Virus record (IMG/VR): IMGVR_UViG_3300032296_002019
Location: 1-64,000 of that record
Strand: one strand, 5' to 3'
DNA length: 64,000 nucleotides
DNA from: a virus
Shown: piece after piece, positions 16,846-26,930 of the stretch
How positions within the stretch are numbered: the stretch's first letter is position 1
How the letters are laid out: every line of letters starts with the position of its first letter
Notes under the pieces: generated by a model
What the model was told of the DNA's origin: nothing
Seen by the model: the letters and a program-made list of their open reading frames with translations, nothing else
The model's database searches: none
Translations under genes and position numbers: made by a program

Positions 16846-17046
16846 ATGAACGAAAGATCAAGTCAACTATTCAGTCAGTTAGTAGACATTAACTGGGAAC
16901 TCAGAAACGTAGGATACCCAAAAACTGTTAAACTAGCTTTAACTGAACAGTACTGGAAGATCAAAAACGAATTGATCGATGAAATGGGTATTGATGCATT
17001 TAATAATTTAGTAGAACAGGGCAGACGTATGTTTAGCGGAGAGTAG
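16846..17046 (+). CDS. hypothetical protein
   Basis: ORF track. Confidence 0.65.
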   Translation: MNERSSQLFSQLVDINWELRNVGYPKTVKLALTEQYWKIKNELIDEMGIDAFNNLVEQGRRMFSGE

Positions 17047-17074
17047 TATTATTAACAATAATTAAAAATTAAAA

Positions 17075-17374
17075 ATGACAAAAGAACAATTAAAAAAGGT
17101 ATTGAAAATTATCTCAGAGTCTTTTGGAATATCTGAAAAAGATCTACTGTCTTATAAAAGAACTGGTAGAGTTTCTATGGCTAGACATACTTTGTACAGG
17201 TCCATTACTCATATGGGATATAACTTATCAGAGACAGGAGAGATACTAGGTAGGGATCACACCACTATACTACATGGGTTAAAAGTGTATAGAAACCTGT
17301 ATAGTACAGATGATATCTTCAAAGCTAAAGCAGTTAGTATTAGAGAAAAAATAAAAGAATTAGCCTGTGAGTAA
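17075..17374 (+). CDS. DnaA C-terminal-like HTH protein
   Basis: FGISEKDLLS.KR..ARH..LSETGEILGRDHTTILHG matches DnaA domain IV. Confidence 0.8.
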   Translation: MTKEQLKKVLKIISESFGISEKDLLSYKRTGRVSMARHTLYRSITHMGYNLSETGEILGRDHTTILHGLKVYRNLYSTDDIFKAKAVSIREKIKELACE

Positions 17375-18083
17375 TAACAAATTAAAATTCGGAAAGGGTA
17401 ACGCTAAATTATCCAAGAACATCTACACCTTCTCTCTCCCGGCAGGACATAGCTGTCCTTTTGCATTTGAATGTAAGGCTTCCGCGGATCGATCTACAGG
17501 AAAGATCAAAGACGGTAAAGACCAAGTGTTCAGATGTTTTGCAGCCTCTCAAGAAGCGTTGTACACAAATACCAGAAACGCTAGGTGGTACAACTATGAT
17601 ATGCTGAGGAAGGCTAAGACGGTAAGTAAGATGACTGATCTTATTGTAGATAGCCTGCCCCCCAAAGCAGAGATAGTAAGGGTACACGTATCAGGAGATT
17701 TCTTTTCTCAGGAATACTTTGATGCTTGGATGGCTGTAGCTAGAGTCTTTTCTCAAAAGAAGTTCTATGCCTACACTAAGAGTATTCCTTACTGGCTAGA
17801 GAGAAGAGACACTATTCCTAAGAACTTCAACCTTACTAGTTCTAAAGGAGGGAAGACAGATGTACTGATTGATCTTAACAAACTTAAATATGCTGAGGTT
17901 GTCTTCACTGAGGAGGACGCTAAGGAACTTAAGCTGGAACTAGATCATGATGATAGCCATGCTTACAACGGTAAGAAGAGCTTTGGTTTATTGCTTCACG
18001 GATCTCAGAGGAAAGGATCAAATGCGTCTGTAGCTCTAAGCAATCTTAAAAAGAAAGGTATCAAAGGCTATTCTAAAAAATAA
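17367..18083 (+). CDS. Gp88-like protein (radical-SAM-related fold)
   Basis: GNAKL..FSLPAGHSCP..C..CFA..RVHVSGDFF..FYAYTK. Confidence 0.75.
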   Translation: MSNNKLKFGKGNAKLSKNIYTFSLPAGHSCPFAFECKASADRSTGKIKDGKDQVFRCFAASQEALYTNTRNARWYNYDMLRKAKTVSKMTDLIVDSLPPKAEIVRVHVSGDFFSQEYFDAWMAVARVFSQKKFYAYTKSIPYWLERRDTIPKNFNLTSSKGGKTDVLIDLNKLKYAEVVFTEEDAKELKLELDHDDSHAYNGKKSFGLLLHGSQRKGSNASVALSNLKKKGIKGYSKK

Positions 18084-18088
18084 AAGTT

Positions 18089-18388
18089 ATGGAAAAAGCA
18101 CAACCAAAATTTTTAAAAGTAGATCAAAACGAAACTCGTCTAGACTACAAAGGTTATAAGTTTTTATTAATTGAACAGGACAGAGGAGTATATAGTGCAG
18201 GCAAAGCCATTCAGCTTTATCAGCTAGACGGAGTAATTAAAAAACATGTTAAGGAAATAGGATGGACTAAAGACGATAATCATAGAGGATTAAAAAAAGA
18301 TTTTGAACAGTCTTACCTGAGAGAGATATCTACGTGGGAACAATGTAAGACCGCTGCTGTTAAGTACATAGATAGCATTATAGATTAA
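18089..18388 (+). CDS. hypothetical protein
   Basis: ORF track. Confidence 0.7.
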   Translation: MEKAQPKFLKVDQNETRLDYKGYKFLLIEQDRGVYSAGKAIQLYQLDGVIKKHVKEIGWTKDDNHRGLKKDFEQSYLREISTWEQCKTAAVKYIDSIID

Positions 18389-18405
18389 TTAATAAAAAAA
18401 CAATT

Positions 18406-18636
18406 ATGGTACAAGACCTTTATTTTAAATACGACAGCACAGCTCGTATAAAATTTAAAAAGAAGAATGTATTCCACAATGATGAACTACCGGGAATATA
18501 TAGGATAATTACTAGTAAGCTTGACTTCCTTATTCCTTCTGCTTTAGTTATGGTAGAGGGGGATTACGTATTCATTCCCAATTGTTACTATCAAAAGGTC
18601 TTAGAAAAATTATACTTCGGTAGAGCCGGAATTTAA
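18406..18636 (+). CDS. hypothetical protein
   Basis: ORF track. Confidence 0.6.
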   Translation: MVQDLYFKYDSTARIKFKKKNVFHNDELPGIYRIITSKLDFLIPSALVMVEGDYVFIPNCYYQKVLEKLYFGRAGI

Positions 18637-18665
18637 AAATATTTTGTGGTTAGTAGTAATAACAC

Positions 18666-18697
18666 CCCCGCTACGTTTCTACGTTGGCGGGTCTTTT
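18666..18697 (+). terminator. intrinsic terminator
   Basis: CCCGCTACGT-TTCT-ACGTTGGCGGG followed by TCTTTT. Confidence 0.65.
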
Positions 18698-18709
18698 AAA
18701 AAATTTATT

Positions 18710-19087
18710 ATGAAAAGTATAAGAGTTAGATTCAATTTATCCAGAGGTAAAAACTACATGAAGTGGAAAGTAGAGTATCCTGATAAGACTGTAGCGTATC
18801 ATTGTCCAACAGAGGTACAGCTTGTTATGCGTAACTGTAAACTTAAAAACTATAGAAAAGTAGCTGAGAAGATTTACAATGGAGCTAACAAGTCAGTATG
18901 TGCTTGGGTATTGTGTGAAGATCTTTTTATAAAGAGTGGAGACTTTTTAAAAGATGAGGGATATGATAAAGTTAAGTACAATCCTAAAGTTCAACCTAAC
19001 TGGGTTTATAAAGATGCGGTTGCTGATGGCATATCTTTTAAGACTATTGTCAGTATTGATTACGCATTATATTGTATGATTAAATAA
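18710..19087 (+). CDS. conserved phage protein
   Basis: VRFNL..KW..KSVCAWV..YNP; start moved to ATG 18710. Confidence 0.7.
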   Translation: MKSIRVRFNLSRGKNYMKWKVEYPDKTVAYHCPTEVQLVMRNCKLKNYRKVAEKIYNGANKSVCAWVLCEDLFIKSGDFLKDEGYDKVKYNPKVQPNWVYKDAVADGISFKTIVSIDYALYCMIK

Positions 19088-19099
19088 AAATAAAATATC

Positions 19100-19327
19100 A
19101 TGAATACTTTTGAAAAGACAGATTATAATTTCTATTTATTCCACATGCTCTATATGAAGTATCTGGAAAGTAAAAGGATACTTTTGACTTATGACGATTG
19201 GTTTAAGAGAACGTGTGATCTATACGATGTATTTACCAACTCTCCTTATGATGATCCTAAAAGGAATCTTTATGAGTGTATAGAAGACTTTATCAAAGAT
19301 CATGAAAATATAATAATTACTGTATGA
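19100..19327 (+). CDS. hypothetical protein
   Basis: ORF track. Confidence 0.65.
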   Translation: MNTFEKTDYNFYLFHMLYMKYLESKRILLTYDDWFKRTCDLYDVFTNSPYDDPKRNLYECIEDFIKDHENIIITV

Positions 19328-19469
19328 GTAAACCAAAAATAGACAAAGAAGATAAAAAAGAAACTACTAGAGACAGAAAAATCCACAATGATTTAATCAA
19401 TAGACTTAAAGCAAAAGGTCTCGTTCTAGTAAAAGGAGTATGGCAAAAAACAAATAAAAAATAAAAGTT

Positions 19470-19805
19470 ATGGCAATTTACAACAACGACAAAGATCCCA
19501 ATGATAAAATGTGGGATGATGAAAACTCAAAGAAACTCAAAGTATTATTAATTAACAAAGGAAGTTTTCTGGACTGGTATTTTGATCAAGACATAATAGA
19601 AGACTTCTTTGATCACCACTCTGTCTTTAGGTGTTTAGAAGAAGATGGAGTATTTACTATAACTGCAAAAGGTCTGCTAGACGAAGTAGGTTATCTCCCT
19701 GATCACGTTGTGGAAGATGGGCAGGAGATAATATACAACCACTTAGATGAAGTAGACATGGGAGCTTACGATGCAATAATATTTTCTGATCAATTAAACA
19801 AATAA
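19470..19805 (+). CDS. acidic hypothetical protein
   Basis: ORF track. Confidence 0.7.
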   Translation: MAIYNNDKDPNDKMWDDENSKKLKVLLINKGSFLDWYFDQDIIEDFFDHHSVFRCLEEDGVFTITAKGLLDEVGYLPDHVVEDGQEIIYNHLDEVDMGAYDAIIFSDQLNK

Positions 19806-19807
19806 AA

Positions 19808-20137
19808 ATGAAAAAAGCAACAGTAATCGCGGCTGCTATCTTGATGGTAGGATGCAGCTTGTTCAAGAAAAGCACAGTAAAGAGTGCCCCTAAATCTGAA
19901 TTCAGTGTATCCAATGATGTGGTATTGCACAAAGGCAAGCCTTATGCAAAGCTACAGGCAATGACATGGTCTCTAGACGGTGGGGAGTTAGTAAAGGAGA
20001 TGAACTTTAAATTGTTAGACAAAGAAGATCTATCTGTAATTGGAGGCATGATAGACTTTTTATCTGACAGGCACATGGGAGATGAGATAGAAGTAGAGTT
20101 TGAAGTGGCTAATGGAAGTGCTGAGTTTAAACTTTGA
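19808..20137 (+). CDS. lipoprotein
   Basis: MKKATVIAAAILMVGC lipobox. Confidence 0.7.
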   Translation: MKKATVIAAAILMVGCSLFKKSTVKSAPKSEFSVSNDVVLHKGKPYAKLQAMTWSLDGGELVKEMNFKLLDKEDLSVIGGMIDFLSDRHMGDEIEVEFEVANGSAEFKL

Positions 20138-20176
20138 TAAACACAATTAACATAAACAAAAACAAAACAAACAGTT

Positions 20177-21157
20177 ATGGCACACAACTTGAATTTTAAC
20201 AATGGAAAATGGTCATTCGCAGCTCGTGGAGAGAAAGCTTGGCACGGACTAGGGCAGTATGTATCTGAAGCTATGACATCGGAGCAGGCTATTAAACTAG
20301 GAGGACTAGACTACACAGTAGAGAAGAGACCTTTGTATGCACCAGGATGGGCTGGTACAATGGTAGAAGCAGAGGGGCACTATGGTAACGTAAGGGTAGA
20401 CACAAATGATATCCTTGGTATTGTAAAGGGAAGGTACCGCATCGTTCAGAACAAAGATGCATTCAGCTTCTTTGATTCTATTATAGACAAAGGAGAAGCT
20501 ATCTTTGAGACAGCGGGTGCTTTGGGTAAAGGTGAAAGGATATTTGTAACTGCAAAGCTCCCAGAAGATATGCTAGTACGTGGTGAGAAGGTAGAGAAGT
20601 ACATCATGTTGACTAACTCTCATGACGGATCTACTACTATCATTGCAGGATTTACTCCTATCCGTGTAGTATGTAACAATACTCTTACTGCAGCTCTGAG
20701 AGGAGGTTTGGATAACAAGGTTAGTATATCCCACACTGCATCTGCAGAGAGTAGACTTAAAGAAGCTTCTAGAGTAATGGGTATAGCTTCTAAGTATATG
20801 GATGAGGTTAACATGGCATTTGAGAGTATGACTACTCGCAGATTGTCTGATCTGGAACTGAAGCATTACATAGAAACCATTATGAAGTCTACTACTAAGG
20901 AAGATACTTCAGATAAGGAAGCTTCTACTAGAATGAAGAATCTAGTAGATCAGGTATATTCCTTCACTATCACCCATCCTACACAAACAACAGAGGCTGC
21001 GTATCGTACTCTCTGGGGAGCTTACAATGGTATCTCTGGGTTCTATAACTTCATAAAGGATTACAAATCAGCTGATCAGAAGATGAGGGATATGAACTAT
21101 GGATACGCTAATGATAAGATCTCTAAGGCATTCGACCTTGCGGCTAAGATGGTCTGA
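20177..21157 (+). CDS. DUF932/DUF945 family phage/plasmid protein
   Basis: AWHGLG..VQNKDAF..ETAGAL..NSHDGS..TPIRVVCNNTL..TLWGAYN. Confidence 0.9.
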   Translation: MAHNLNFNNGKWSFAARGEKAWHGLGQYVSEAMTSEQAIKLGGLDYTVEKRPLYAPGWAGTMVEAEGHYGNVRVDTNDILGIVKGRYRIVQNKDAFSFFDSIIDKGEAIFETAGALGKGERIFVTAKLPEDMLVRGEKVEKYIMLTNSHDGSTTIIAGFTPIRVVCNNTLTAALRGGLDNKVSISHTASAESRLKEASRVMGIASKYMDEVNMAFESMTTRRLSDLELKHYIETIMKSTTKEDTSDKEASTRMKNLVDQVYSFTITHPTQTTEAAYRTLWGAYNGISGFYNFIKDYKSADQKMRDMNYGYANDKISKAFDLAAKMV

Positions 21158-21168
21158 TATTTATATGG

Positions 21169-21912
21169 GTGAAAGGAAAAGCGCATAAGAGAAAAAATGG
21201 TTGGGTAGTAACTCCTATTGATGATTGGTACTGGTCTCCGTCTGGATACAGGAAAAGAAAACAAGATATTCCTATCCACGAAGATTATGTTAATAGTTCA
21301 TTGTATAACGGGTTAGAGGTAGAGTTTGATACTTTTATAGATAAGGTACAGGGGACTGAATGTGCTAAGGTAGAGATTCCGGAAGAAGTTGTGATTGAAG
21401 AAGAGAAGGGGGATATTCCTCCGGAATCTTCCCCCGAACCTATAATTATAGAAGAGGTTATTACTCCTGTTATTATAGAAGAACCTAAACAAATAGAGAC
21501 AGTTAAAAATAAAATCAATATGGAAATGGAAACAAATGAATCATTTTTTACTAAAAACAGATTAATTAGGATAACTATAATCTGTGCGTTACTTACTCAG
21601 ATAAATCATGCAGCAAGTCTGTTTTATTTATTAAGTGATCAATCTACTTTTTCTTATGTAATGAGTTGGGTATTTGCTGTATCTTTAGAGTCCAGCATTT
21701 ATATCTTTACTATGTTTGGAAAGAGAAATACAGCACTATTTTTTGGATTAGTTTCCTGGGCTGTTAATATATTGCACTATTGGTTTGAGGTAGGATTCAC
21801 TCAAAAGTTCGTAGCTATGAACATAATCAGTCCTATCATACCTATAACAATATACTTCTATTCAGAACTCATTCAACAAGAGAGACCAGCAGAACAAATA
21901 GAATCAGAATAA
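21169..21912 (+). CDS. membrane protein with acidic Pro-rich linker
   Basis: Soluble N-domain, EEP-rich linker, four C-terminal TM segments; preceded by ATATTTATA. Confidence 0.7.
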   Translation: MKGKAHKRKNGWVVTPIDDWYWSPSGYRKRKQDIPIHEDYVNSSLYNGLEVEFDTFIDKVQGTECAKVEIPEEVVIEEEKGDIPPESSPEPIIIEEVITPVIIEEPKQIETVKNKINMEMETNESFFTKNRLIRITIICALLTQINHAASLFYLLSDQSTFSYVMSWVFAVSLESSIYIFTMFGKRNTALFFGLVSWAVNILHYWFEVGFTQKFVAMNIISPIIPITIYFYSELIQQERPAEQIESE

Positions 21913-21929
21913 TAAAGTAAAAAAAGGTT

Positions 21930-22223
21930 ATGTATAAAAAATTCGAAGACCTAGAATTTAATCAGCACCCTTTAGGAGGTGTCGTAGCAAGGACTATATT
22001 TGAAAATGGTTTTGGTATAAGTGTAGTACAATCATCCCATACATACGGAGGTAATGAAGGTCTGTACGAAATAGCTGTACTTGATAATAATGGCCACATT
22101 ACATACTCTACCCCAGTAGCAGATGACGTAATAGGATATCTTAATGAAGAAGAAGTCTCTGATATTATGATTCAGATTCAAGACCTAGTTCTTATAACTG
22201 ATAATTCATTCGCAAACAAATAA
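21930..22223 (+). CDS. conserved phage protein
   Basis: FENGFGISVV..YGG..GLYEIAVL..DVIGYL. Confidence 0.75.
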   Translation: MYKKFEDLEFNQHPLGGVVARTIFENGFGISVVQSSHTYGGNEGLYEIAVLDNNGHITYSTPVADDVIGYLNEEEVSDIMIQIQDLVLITDNSFANK

Positions 22224-22245
22224 CAACTAAATAAAAACAACAACC

Positions 22246-22515
22246 ATGGAATTTGTAAACGCAAGAGAGATGGCTGCAAACCATCCAAAGACTTTTTGTG
22301 TCCCTACCGAAAAAGAAATGGAAGATCTTAAGCCAGGAGACTTTGTTAAGGTGTGTTTAAATGAAGAAAGGTTTTGGTGTGAGGTAGTACATTTTAATAA
22401 AGAAACTGAGGCTGTTACTGGCTTCGTATCCAACGAACTATTATTTTCTGACTTGTCTCATGGAGATGAAATAGTTTTTAAATTTGAAAATGTATACGAC
22501 ATACTTAAACCATAA
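22246..22515 (+). CDS. DUF2314-like protein
   Basis: PGDFVKV..ERFWCEV..GFVSNE. Confidence 0.5.
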   Translation: MEFVNAREMAANHPKTFCVPTEKEMEDLKPGDFVKVCLNEERFWCEVVHFNKETEAVTGFVSNELLFSDLSHGDEIVFKFENVYDILKP

Positions 22516-22533
22516 GTCGTATAATCCCTAATC

Positions 22534-22911
22534 ATGAATCAAAGAAAGTTTAGTCAGCATCTGTATAATCAGTATGTAACACAAGGAGGATGTTGTTATT
22601 ACTGTAAGAAAAAGTTTCCATATGAAGAAATAACTAGGGATCATTTCTTACCTGTATCCGAAGGCAATACTCTAGTAAACAATAAAGTGTTTGCCTGTAG
22701 GAAGTGCAACAGTCTTAAAGGAGACAAGTCTATAGACGAGTTTAGAAATTACGTACTTTTCAGAATAGCAGATATATTAAAAACCGTAATAAAAAATGAC
22801 TGGAAGATGTCTAAGAAACAATTAGAAGACTTTCGATGGTACACACTAATTCTAAAAACTACTGGAGAGATAATAGAAAATGATTACAAACCGTTAGTAC
22901 TATTCACATAA
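22534..22911 (+). CDS. HNH endonuclease
   Basis: CYYC..TRDHFLP..N..ACRKCNSLKG. Confidence 0.85.
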   Translation: MNQRKFSQHLYNQYVTQGGCCYYCKKKFPYEEITRDHFLPVSEGNTLVNNKVFACRKCNSLKGDKSIDEFRNYVLFRIADILKTVIKNDWKMSKKQLEDFRWYTLILKTTGEIIENDYKPLVLFT

Positions 22912-22921
22912 ATCCTAAAAC

Positions 22922-23242
22922 ATGAACATCCTTAACTTCGACCGAACAGAATTTAACGCTATTCTTGATCAAACTGACATTCACGGTTTCAACATCGGAG
23001 AAGAAATAAAAGCCTCTTTCGACTCCTTACTATTCCTAGGTAAAAATGCTTTATCACAAAATGATGAAAATCTAAGAGATTGTGCTATCTTTAACATTCG
23101 ATTATGCTACACTTATTACGAGAAAGTAGAAGACTACAGGAAACTTTCTGAGTTGGTTGCTTTGGTAAAAAGTTGCGACCAAACTAGTACATTTGTAGTG
23201 GATAACGAAGTTATAGACAAGATAGCAGTAAATCTAAACTAA
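22922..23242 (+). CDS. hypothetical protein with UVR-like helix
   Basis: YYEKVEDYRKLSEL. Confidence 0.6.
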   Translation: MNILNFDRTEFNAILDQTDIHGFNIGEEIKASFDSLLFLGKNALSQNDENLRDCAIFNIRLCYTYYEKVEDYRKLSELVALVKSCDQTSTFVVDNEVIDKIAVNLN

Positions 23243-23877
23243 TGGAAGACTTCATCATTGATGATTTTTTTAAGAGTGATAAATACGAAGTATCAATTAA
23301 TGAGCTATTGTTTACTAGGCTTCATAAGAAAAGTGTTGATTCTATATGTAAGCTTTTGGATAACAATGGATACTTTGGAAGATATAAAATAGAGTCGTTC
23401 TCTGATAAGAAGTTTGGTACAGACGTTTTGATAAAGGTACATATATACATGCCTAACAGTGCGCACAGTTATATTTGGCCATTCAATACTTTCTTTAACA
23501 TAACTAGAAATCTTTTCGGCAGCAACAGAAGAATTCCTAGAGGAGTCCTATCTGATCAGACCATGCTTAGATATTCTTTTCTGGTATTGTCAGTTATGTT
23601 TTCTGACAATGAAGAGGAGGATCTGAGTATACATGATCTAAATTGTAAGAAGGCTATGGACATTATAAAAGAAGGAAACTATAATGTAGAACATTGGGCT
23701 TATATAATATGTAAGCAAAGAAAATGTATAGAAGAACTAAACTACTTTGATAAGTTCATAGCTTTTATTTCCAGGATAGGATTGATAAAGAATAATAGAT
23801 TCTTGATACGAGATAAAGAAGACGCTAGAGAGATATCAAGTAACTTGTTTGACATCAATTATTGGTACAACATTTAA
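23242..23877 (+). CDS. hypothetical protein
   Basis: ORF track. Confidence 0.7.
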   Translation: MEDFIIDDFFKSDKYEVSINELLFTRLHKKSVDSICKLLDNNGYFGRYKIESFSDKKFGTDVLIKVHIYMPNSAHSYIWPFNTFFNITRNLFGSNRRIPRGVLSDQTMLRYSFLVLSVMFSDNEEEDLSIHDLNCKKAMDIIKEGNYNVEHWAYIICKQRKCIEELNYFDKFIAFISRIGLIKNNRFLIRDKEDAREISSNLFDINYWYNI

Positions 23878-23887
23878 AAATTAATTT

Positions 23888-24046
23888 ATGGTATTTTTAA
23901 TTTTCCTTGTAGTGTCTTTTTTATTTTTTGGATTCATCTTTTATTTTGAAGATAACCACGTACAAAAGATGGATGACAATTCTAAGTTTAAAAAGTGGTG
24001 GAGGAATAACATTATAGCACACTACACTGGGAACGAGGATCTATAA
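23888..24046 (+). CDS. small membrane protein (52 aa)
   Basis: N-terminal TM, SKFKKWWRNNII; last gene of the + block. Confidence 0.6.
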   Translation: MVFLIFLVVSFLFFGFIFYFEDNHVQKMDDNSKFKKWWRNNIIAHYTGNEDL

Positions 24047-24421
24047 CTCTGGATCTATTATAGACATTATGTTTTGAATCTGGTGTATGTAAAGCACTGA
24101 TACTCCATGAAATGTCCACAGGCTTCTGTCTTCGTATAGATATCCCTTAGCGTTATAAAACTTACCTCTTATTAAGGAGGTCATGGATAGTTCTGTGTGG
24201 AACGTATTTACCCTTTCACCCACTACGTCAAACCCAATTGACATCATACTATTCTTTGTAATAGGGCATGGAGATAGGTCATGCCATTCCAAAAATAGTA
24301 CATTCCCGTTATTGTATCTTACAGATAAGCCATCCCTTTTTACTTCTTCTACTATTAAATCTTCCCCTGTCCAATCCTGAACTAAGTTTCCTACCTGGTA
24401 TCGCTTATGTATTACTTTCAT
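24041..24421 (-). CDS. conserved Bacteroidota-phage-type protein
   Basis: VGNLV..PCPIT..GF..YIHQIQN. Confidence 0.7.
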   Translation of the reverse strand: MKVIHKRYQVGNLVQDWTGEDLIVEEVKRDGLSVRYNNGNVLFLEWHDLSPCPITKNSMMSIGFDVVGERVNTFHTELSMTSLIRGKFYNAKGYLYEDRSLWTFHGVSVLYIHQIQNIMSIIDPEL

Positions 24422-24428
24422 AGAAAAT

Positions 24429-24448
24429 CCCAAGAGTTTCCTAAAAAA
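24429..24448 (+). repeat. 20-bp intergenic motif, copy 3
   Basis: CCCAAGAGTTTCCTAAAAAA; 18/20 identical to copy 2. Confidence 0.6.
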
Positions 24449-24526
24449 TCAAACTTTATAAAAAAAATAAGGGTGAAAATAAATTTAAGCTTTTTGCATT
24501 TAAAGGGCAAAAAGTTCTAAACTATT

Positions 24527-24802
24527 TCAAAAAAATTTAGACCCCTCCTCATAATAAAGATTATCGTCTGCCCATATAGGAGTTTTTTCTCCTACATAAG
24601 CTCCTTCCACATTGTAGTAAAAATAATCTAGTGCGTCCTCCTGACTCATTCCCTCTGCAATTAAAATGTCAATACACTTTTTAATAGAGTATATAAGTCT
24701 CTCAGATCTTTGATGATACCCTATAACTGCATCATCGAAACCATCAGCTATCAAAAACTCTGTCTCAGGATATGCCTCCTTTAAAGCCTCCAGTAAGTTC
24801 AT
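24527..24802 (-). CDS. conserved phage protein
   Basis: ADGFDDAVIG..YNVEGAYVGEKTP. Confidence 0.8.
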   Translation of the reverse strand: MNLLEALKEAYPETEFLIADGFDDAVIGYHQRSERLIYSIKKCIDILIAEGMSQEDALDYFYYNVEGAYVGEKTPIWADDNLYYEEGSKFF

Positions 24803-24807
24803 CTTGT

Positions 24808-25491
24808 TTATTTTTTTATAAAGCAGCCCCAGAAATAAAATAAAAATTTATCGTAGTAAAACTTTTCCAAACCGTTTCTTTGAACAGCTTCTTTAACTGA
24901 TTCATAAGAACACTCAAATAAATGGGGCCACTGCCAGTACTCTCTAGCTTCCATAAACAGGGCTTCTTGGGACTCATCTTTATAATCATGAAGTATTATA
25001 ACATCTCCAGATTTTAAATAATCTGAGAACACATTAAACTCTCTTGTCTTATCTCCTCCATCACAAATCATTAGTGTTGTTCCTTCTTTTTGAATTAGAC
25101 CTTTAATCTCTTCATGTGTCTTTTCATCAAAACAATCCGCTACTCTAAAATCCATATAAGGCCTTTTTTGAGCTGCAGTGTTTATACTTGGGTTTATATC
25201 ATATGAAACAAAAGAAGCACTTTCTTTTTTGCTGTCATAGACATAACTAGATAGTCCTCCGTTGTAAGATCCTATTTCTACTATATTGTCAAACCTTTCT
25301 AGCCAATCTTTAGACAGAGCTAGATACACTCCCATTACTTGAGATACTTGTATCTGATCATAAAAATTAAGCCTTTGATAAGGATGAGAAGCATGCCATC
25401 TAACTGGTTGACTGAATTGTATTTTTGGGCTACAGTGGATGTTTAAAAGATGGTTAAACATCTGGGCATTGAAATTGAATAACTCTTCCAT
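24808..25491 (-). CDS. class I SAM-dependent methyltransferase (CmcI/Methyltransf_24-like)
   Basis: IVEIGSYNGG, SYDI, CDGGDK, LKSGDVIILHD. Confidence 0.8.
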   Translation of the reverse strand: MEELFNFNAQMFNHLLNIHCSPKIQFSQPVRWHASHPYQRLNFYDQIQVSQVMGVYLALSKDWLERFDNIVEIGSYNGGLSSYVYDSKKESASFVSYDINPSINTAAQKRPYMDFRVADCFDEKTHEEIKGLIQKEGTTLMICDGGDKTREFNVFSDYLKSGDVIILHDYKDESQEALFMEAREYWQWPHLFECSYESVKEAVQRNGLEKFYYDKFLFYFWGCFIKK

Positions 25492-25503
25492 TTTTTATTT
25501 TTT

Positions 25504-26712
25504 TTAGTCGCAAAATATTGGGGCTTTTATTGTCATTCCTCTTCTGGAATCTAACAATTGAAAAGATTGCATTGGGGGTTCGTACGTACATCCTATACTC
25601 ATTGCATATGGATCATACCCTACTATAGATCCGTTTACTGTAGTTCTTACAGTTGGATAGCTGAGATTATGGTAGTGGTGAACAAAATTGTAAAAAGCTT
25701 TGCTTATTTGATCCATCCTCATCACATACTTATTCAGAGGCACTGTAAGCCCTCCTACACCACCTTGGAATTTAATTTGATGTCCATGAACTACCCTAAG
25801 CATGTTTCCATAAACATCTACTTCTGCGACTTCTGAATCAGGTATAGCCCATTGTATATTTTCTTTTTTGAAGTCATCTTTAAGTACGCTATACAATATG
25901 GTCTCATAGTTCATCCTGTAATCTACAGACGCTACCATCCTGTGTGTTATCCTGGCATGATTTCCTCTAGTACAAGCTATGACTATATCTTTAAAGTTTC
26001 CATACTCACATACAGTCTTAATGTATTTATTCAGGACTTCTCTTGCAAACAAGGTCTCTTCCATAGGAGACATGCTAGTTGTCATCTCACTATGATGATG
26101 CAGTTGACTATTCTCTAAAAAATCTCCCCCAAGAATTAAAACTAGATTTTCTATCTTTACGTCTCCCCTCTCTTTTTTTATCAGCTTTATTGTGTTTGCA
26201 GCACATGTCTCCATTCTCTTTTTTGCAATATCAGGATTGTACTCATTCAATCCATTTACAGTGGAGGGTACTATAAGTTTTCCAAAATGTCCGTCGCTTA
26301 TTTGAATTATAGCTGTTGCTTCATTTGGAGATTTAGACTTTAGATCTATCTTGGGAACTACTGTATTTACATTTGTAGTCTTAAGATTTAGAGCTATGTC
26401 ATATGCCTCAGATAATTTTTGATACTCTTTTACTACGCTGTCCAGTTGTTTTTTTAAACTGGTGATCTCAGCCTGCTCTCTCCTCATTAGAACGAGATCG
26501 TTTATCTCTAAAGTCTGCTCTTTTGTATCTGGGCTTTTTATACTAGATCTGAGGTGTCTACAGATGTGTCTAATTACTTCAGCAGTTACATTAAACAGAT
26601 TAGCAGTTTCGTTGTAATCGGAGTTTAACTTTTCTGGATTTTGTATTAGATACTTCTTTATTTCCTCGTTACGTTCTTTAACGTCGACTTTACCTTTATT
26701 TTTTTTAGTCAT
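25504..26712 (-). CDS. calcineurin-like metallophosphoesterase/nuclease with N-terminal HTH and coiled coil
   Basis: ISDGHFG, LGGD, GNHAR, HGH, HHYH. Confidence 0.8.
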   Translation of the reverse strand: MTKKNKGKVDVKERNEEIKKYLIQNPEKLNSDYNETANLFNVTAEVIRHICRHLRSSIKSPDTKEQTLEINDLVLMRREQAEITSLKKQLDSVVKEYQKLSEAYDIALNLKTTNVNTVVPKIDLKSKSPNEATAIIQISDGHFGKLIVPSTVNGLNEYNPDIAKKRMETCAANTIKLIKKERGDVKIENLVLILGGDFLENSQLHHHSEMTTSMSPMEETLFAREVLNKYIKTVCEYGNFKDIVIACTRGNHARITHRMVASVDYRMNYETILYSVLKDDFKKENIQWAIPDSEVAEVDVYGNMLRVVHGHQIKFQGGVGGLTVPLNKYVMRMDQISKAFYNFVHHYHNLSYPTVRTTVNGSIVGYDPYAMSIGCTYEPPMQSFQLLDSRRGMTIKAPIFCD

Positions 26713-26729
26713 AAACTGTTTTTAAATAA

Positions 26730-26930
26730 CTAGTCCCAAATTTTGTTTTCTAATTCAGAGCGTTTTTTTTCAGATAATTGTTTTACTTTTTCTATGCAGA
26801 GTTCAACAATAGAATTGTATAAATCTTTATTATTAGAATAAGGAAATATATTCTTTACTTGTTCAAGCTCCATTTCTACTTCTTTGAAGATTTCAAAGCC
26901 GAAAAGAGGTATGTTGTTTAATCTTGACAT
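26730..26930 (-). CDS. hypothetical protein
   Basis: ORF track; preceded by TATTTAT. Confidence 0.6.
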   Translation of the reverse strand: MSRLNNIPLFGFEIFKEVEMELEQVKNIFPYSNNKDLYNSIVELCIEKVKQLSEKKRSELENKIWD

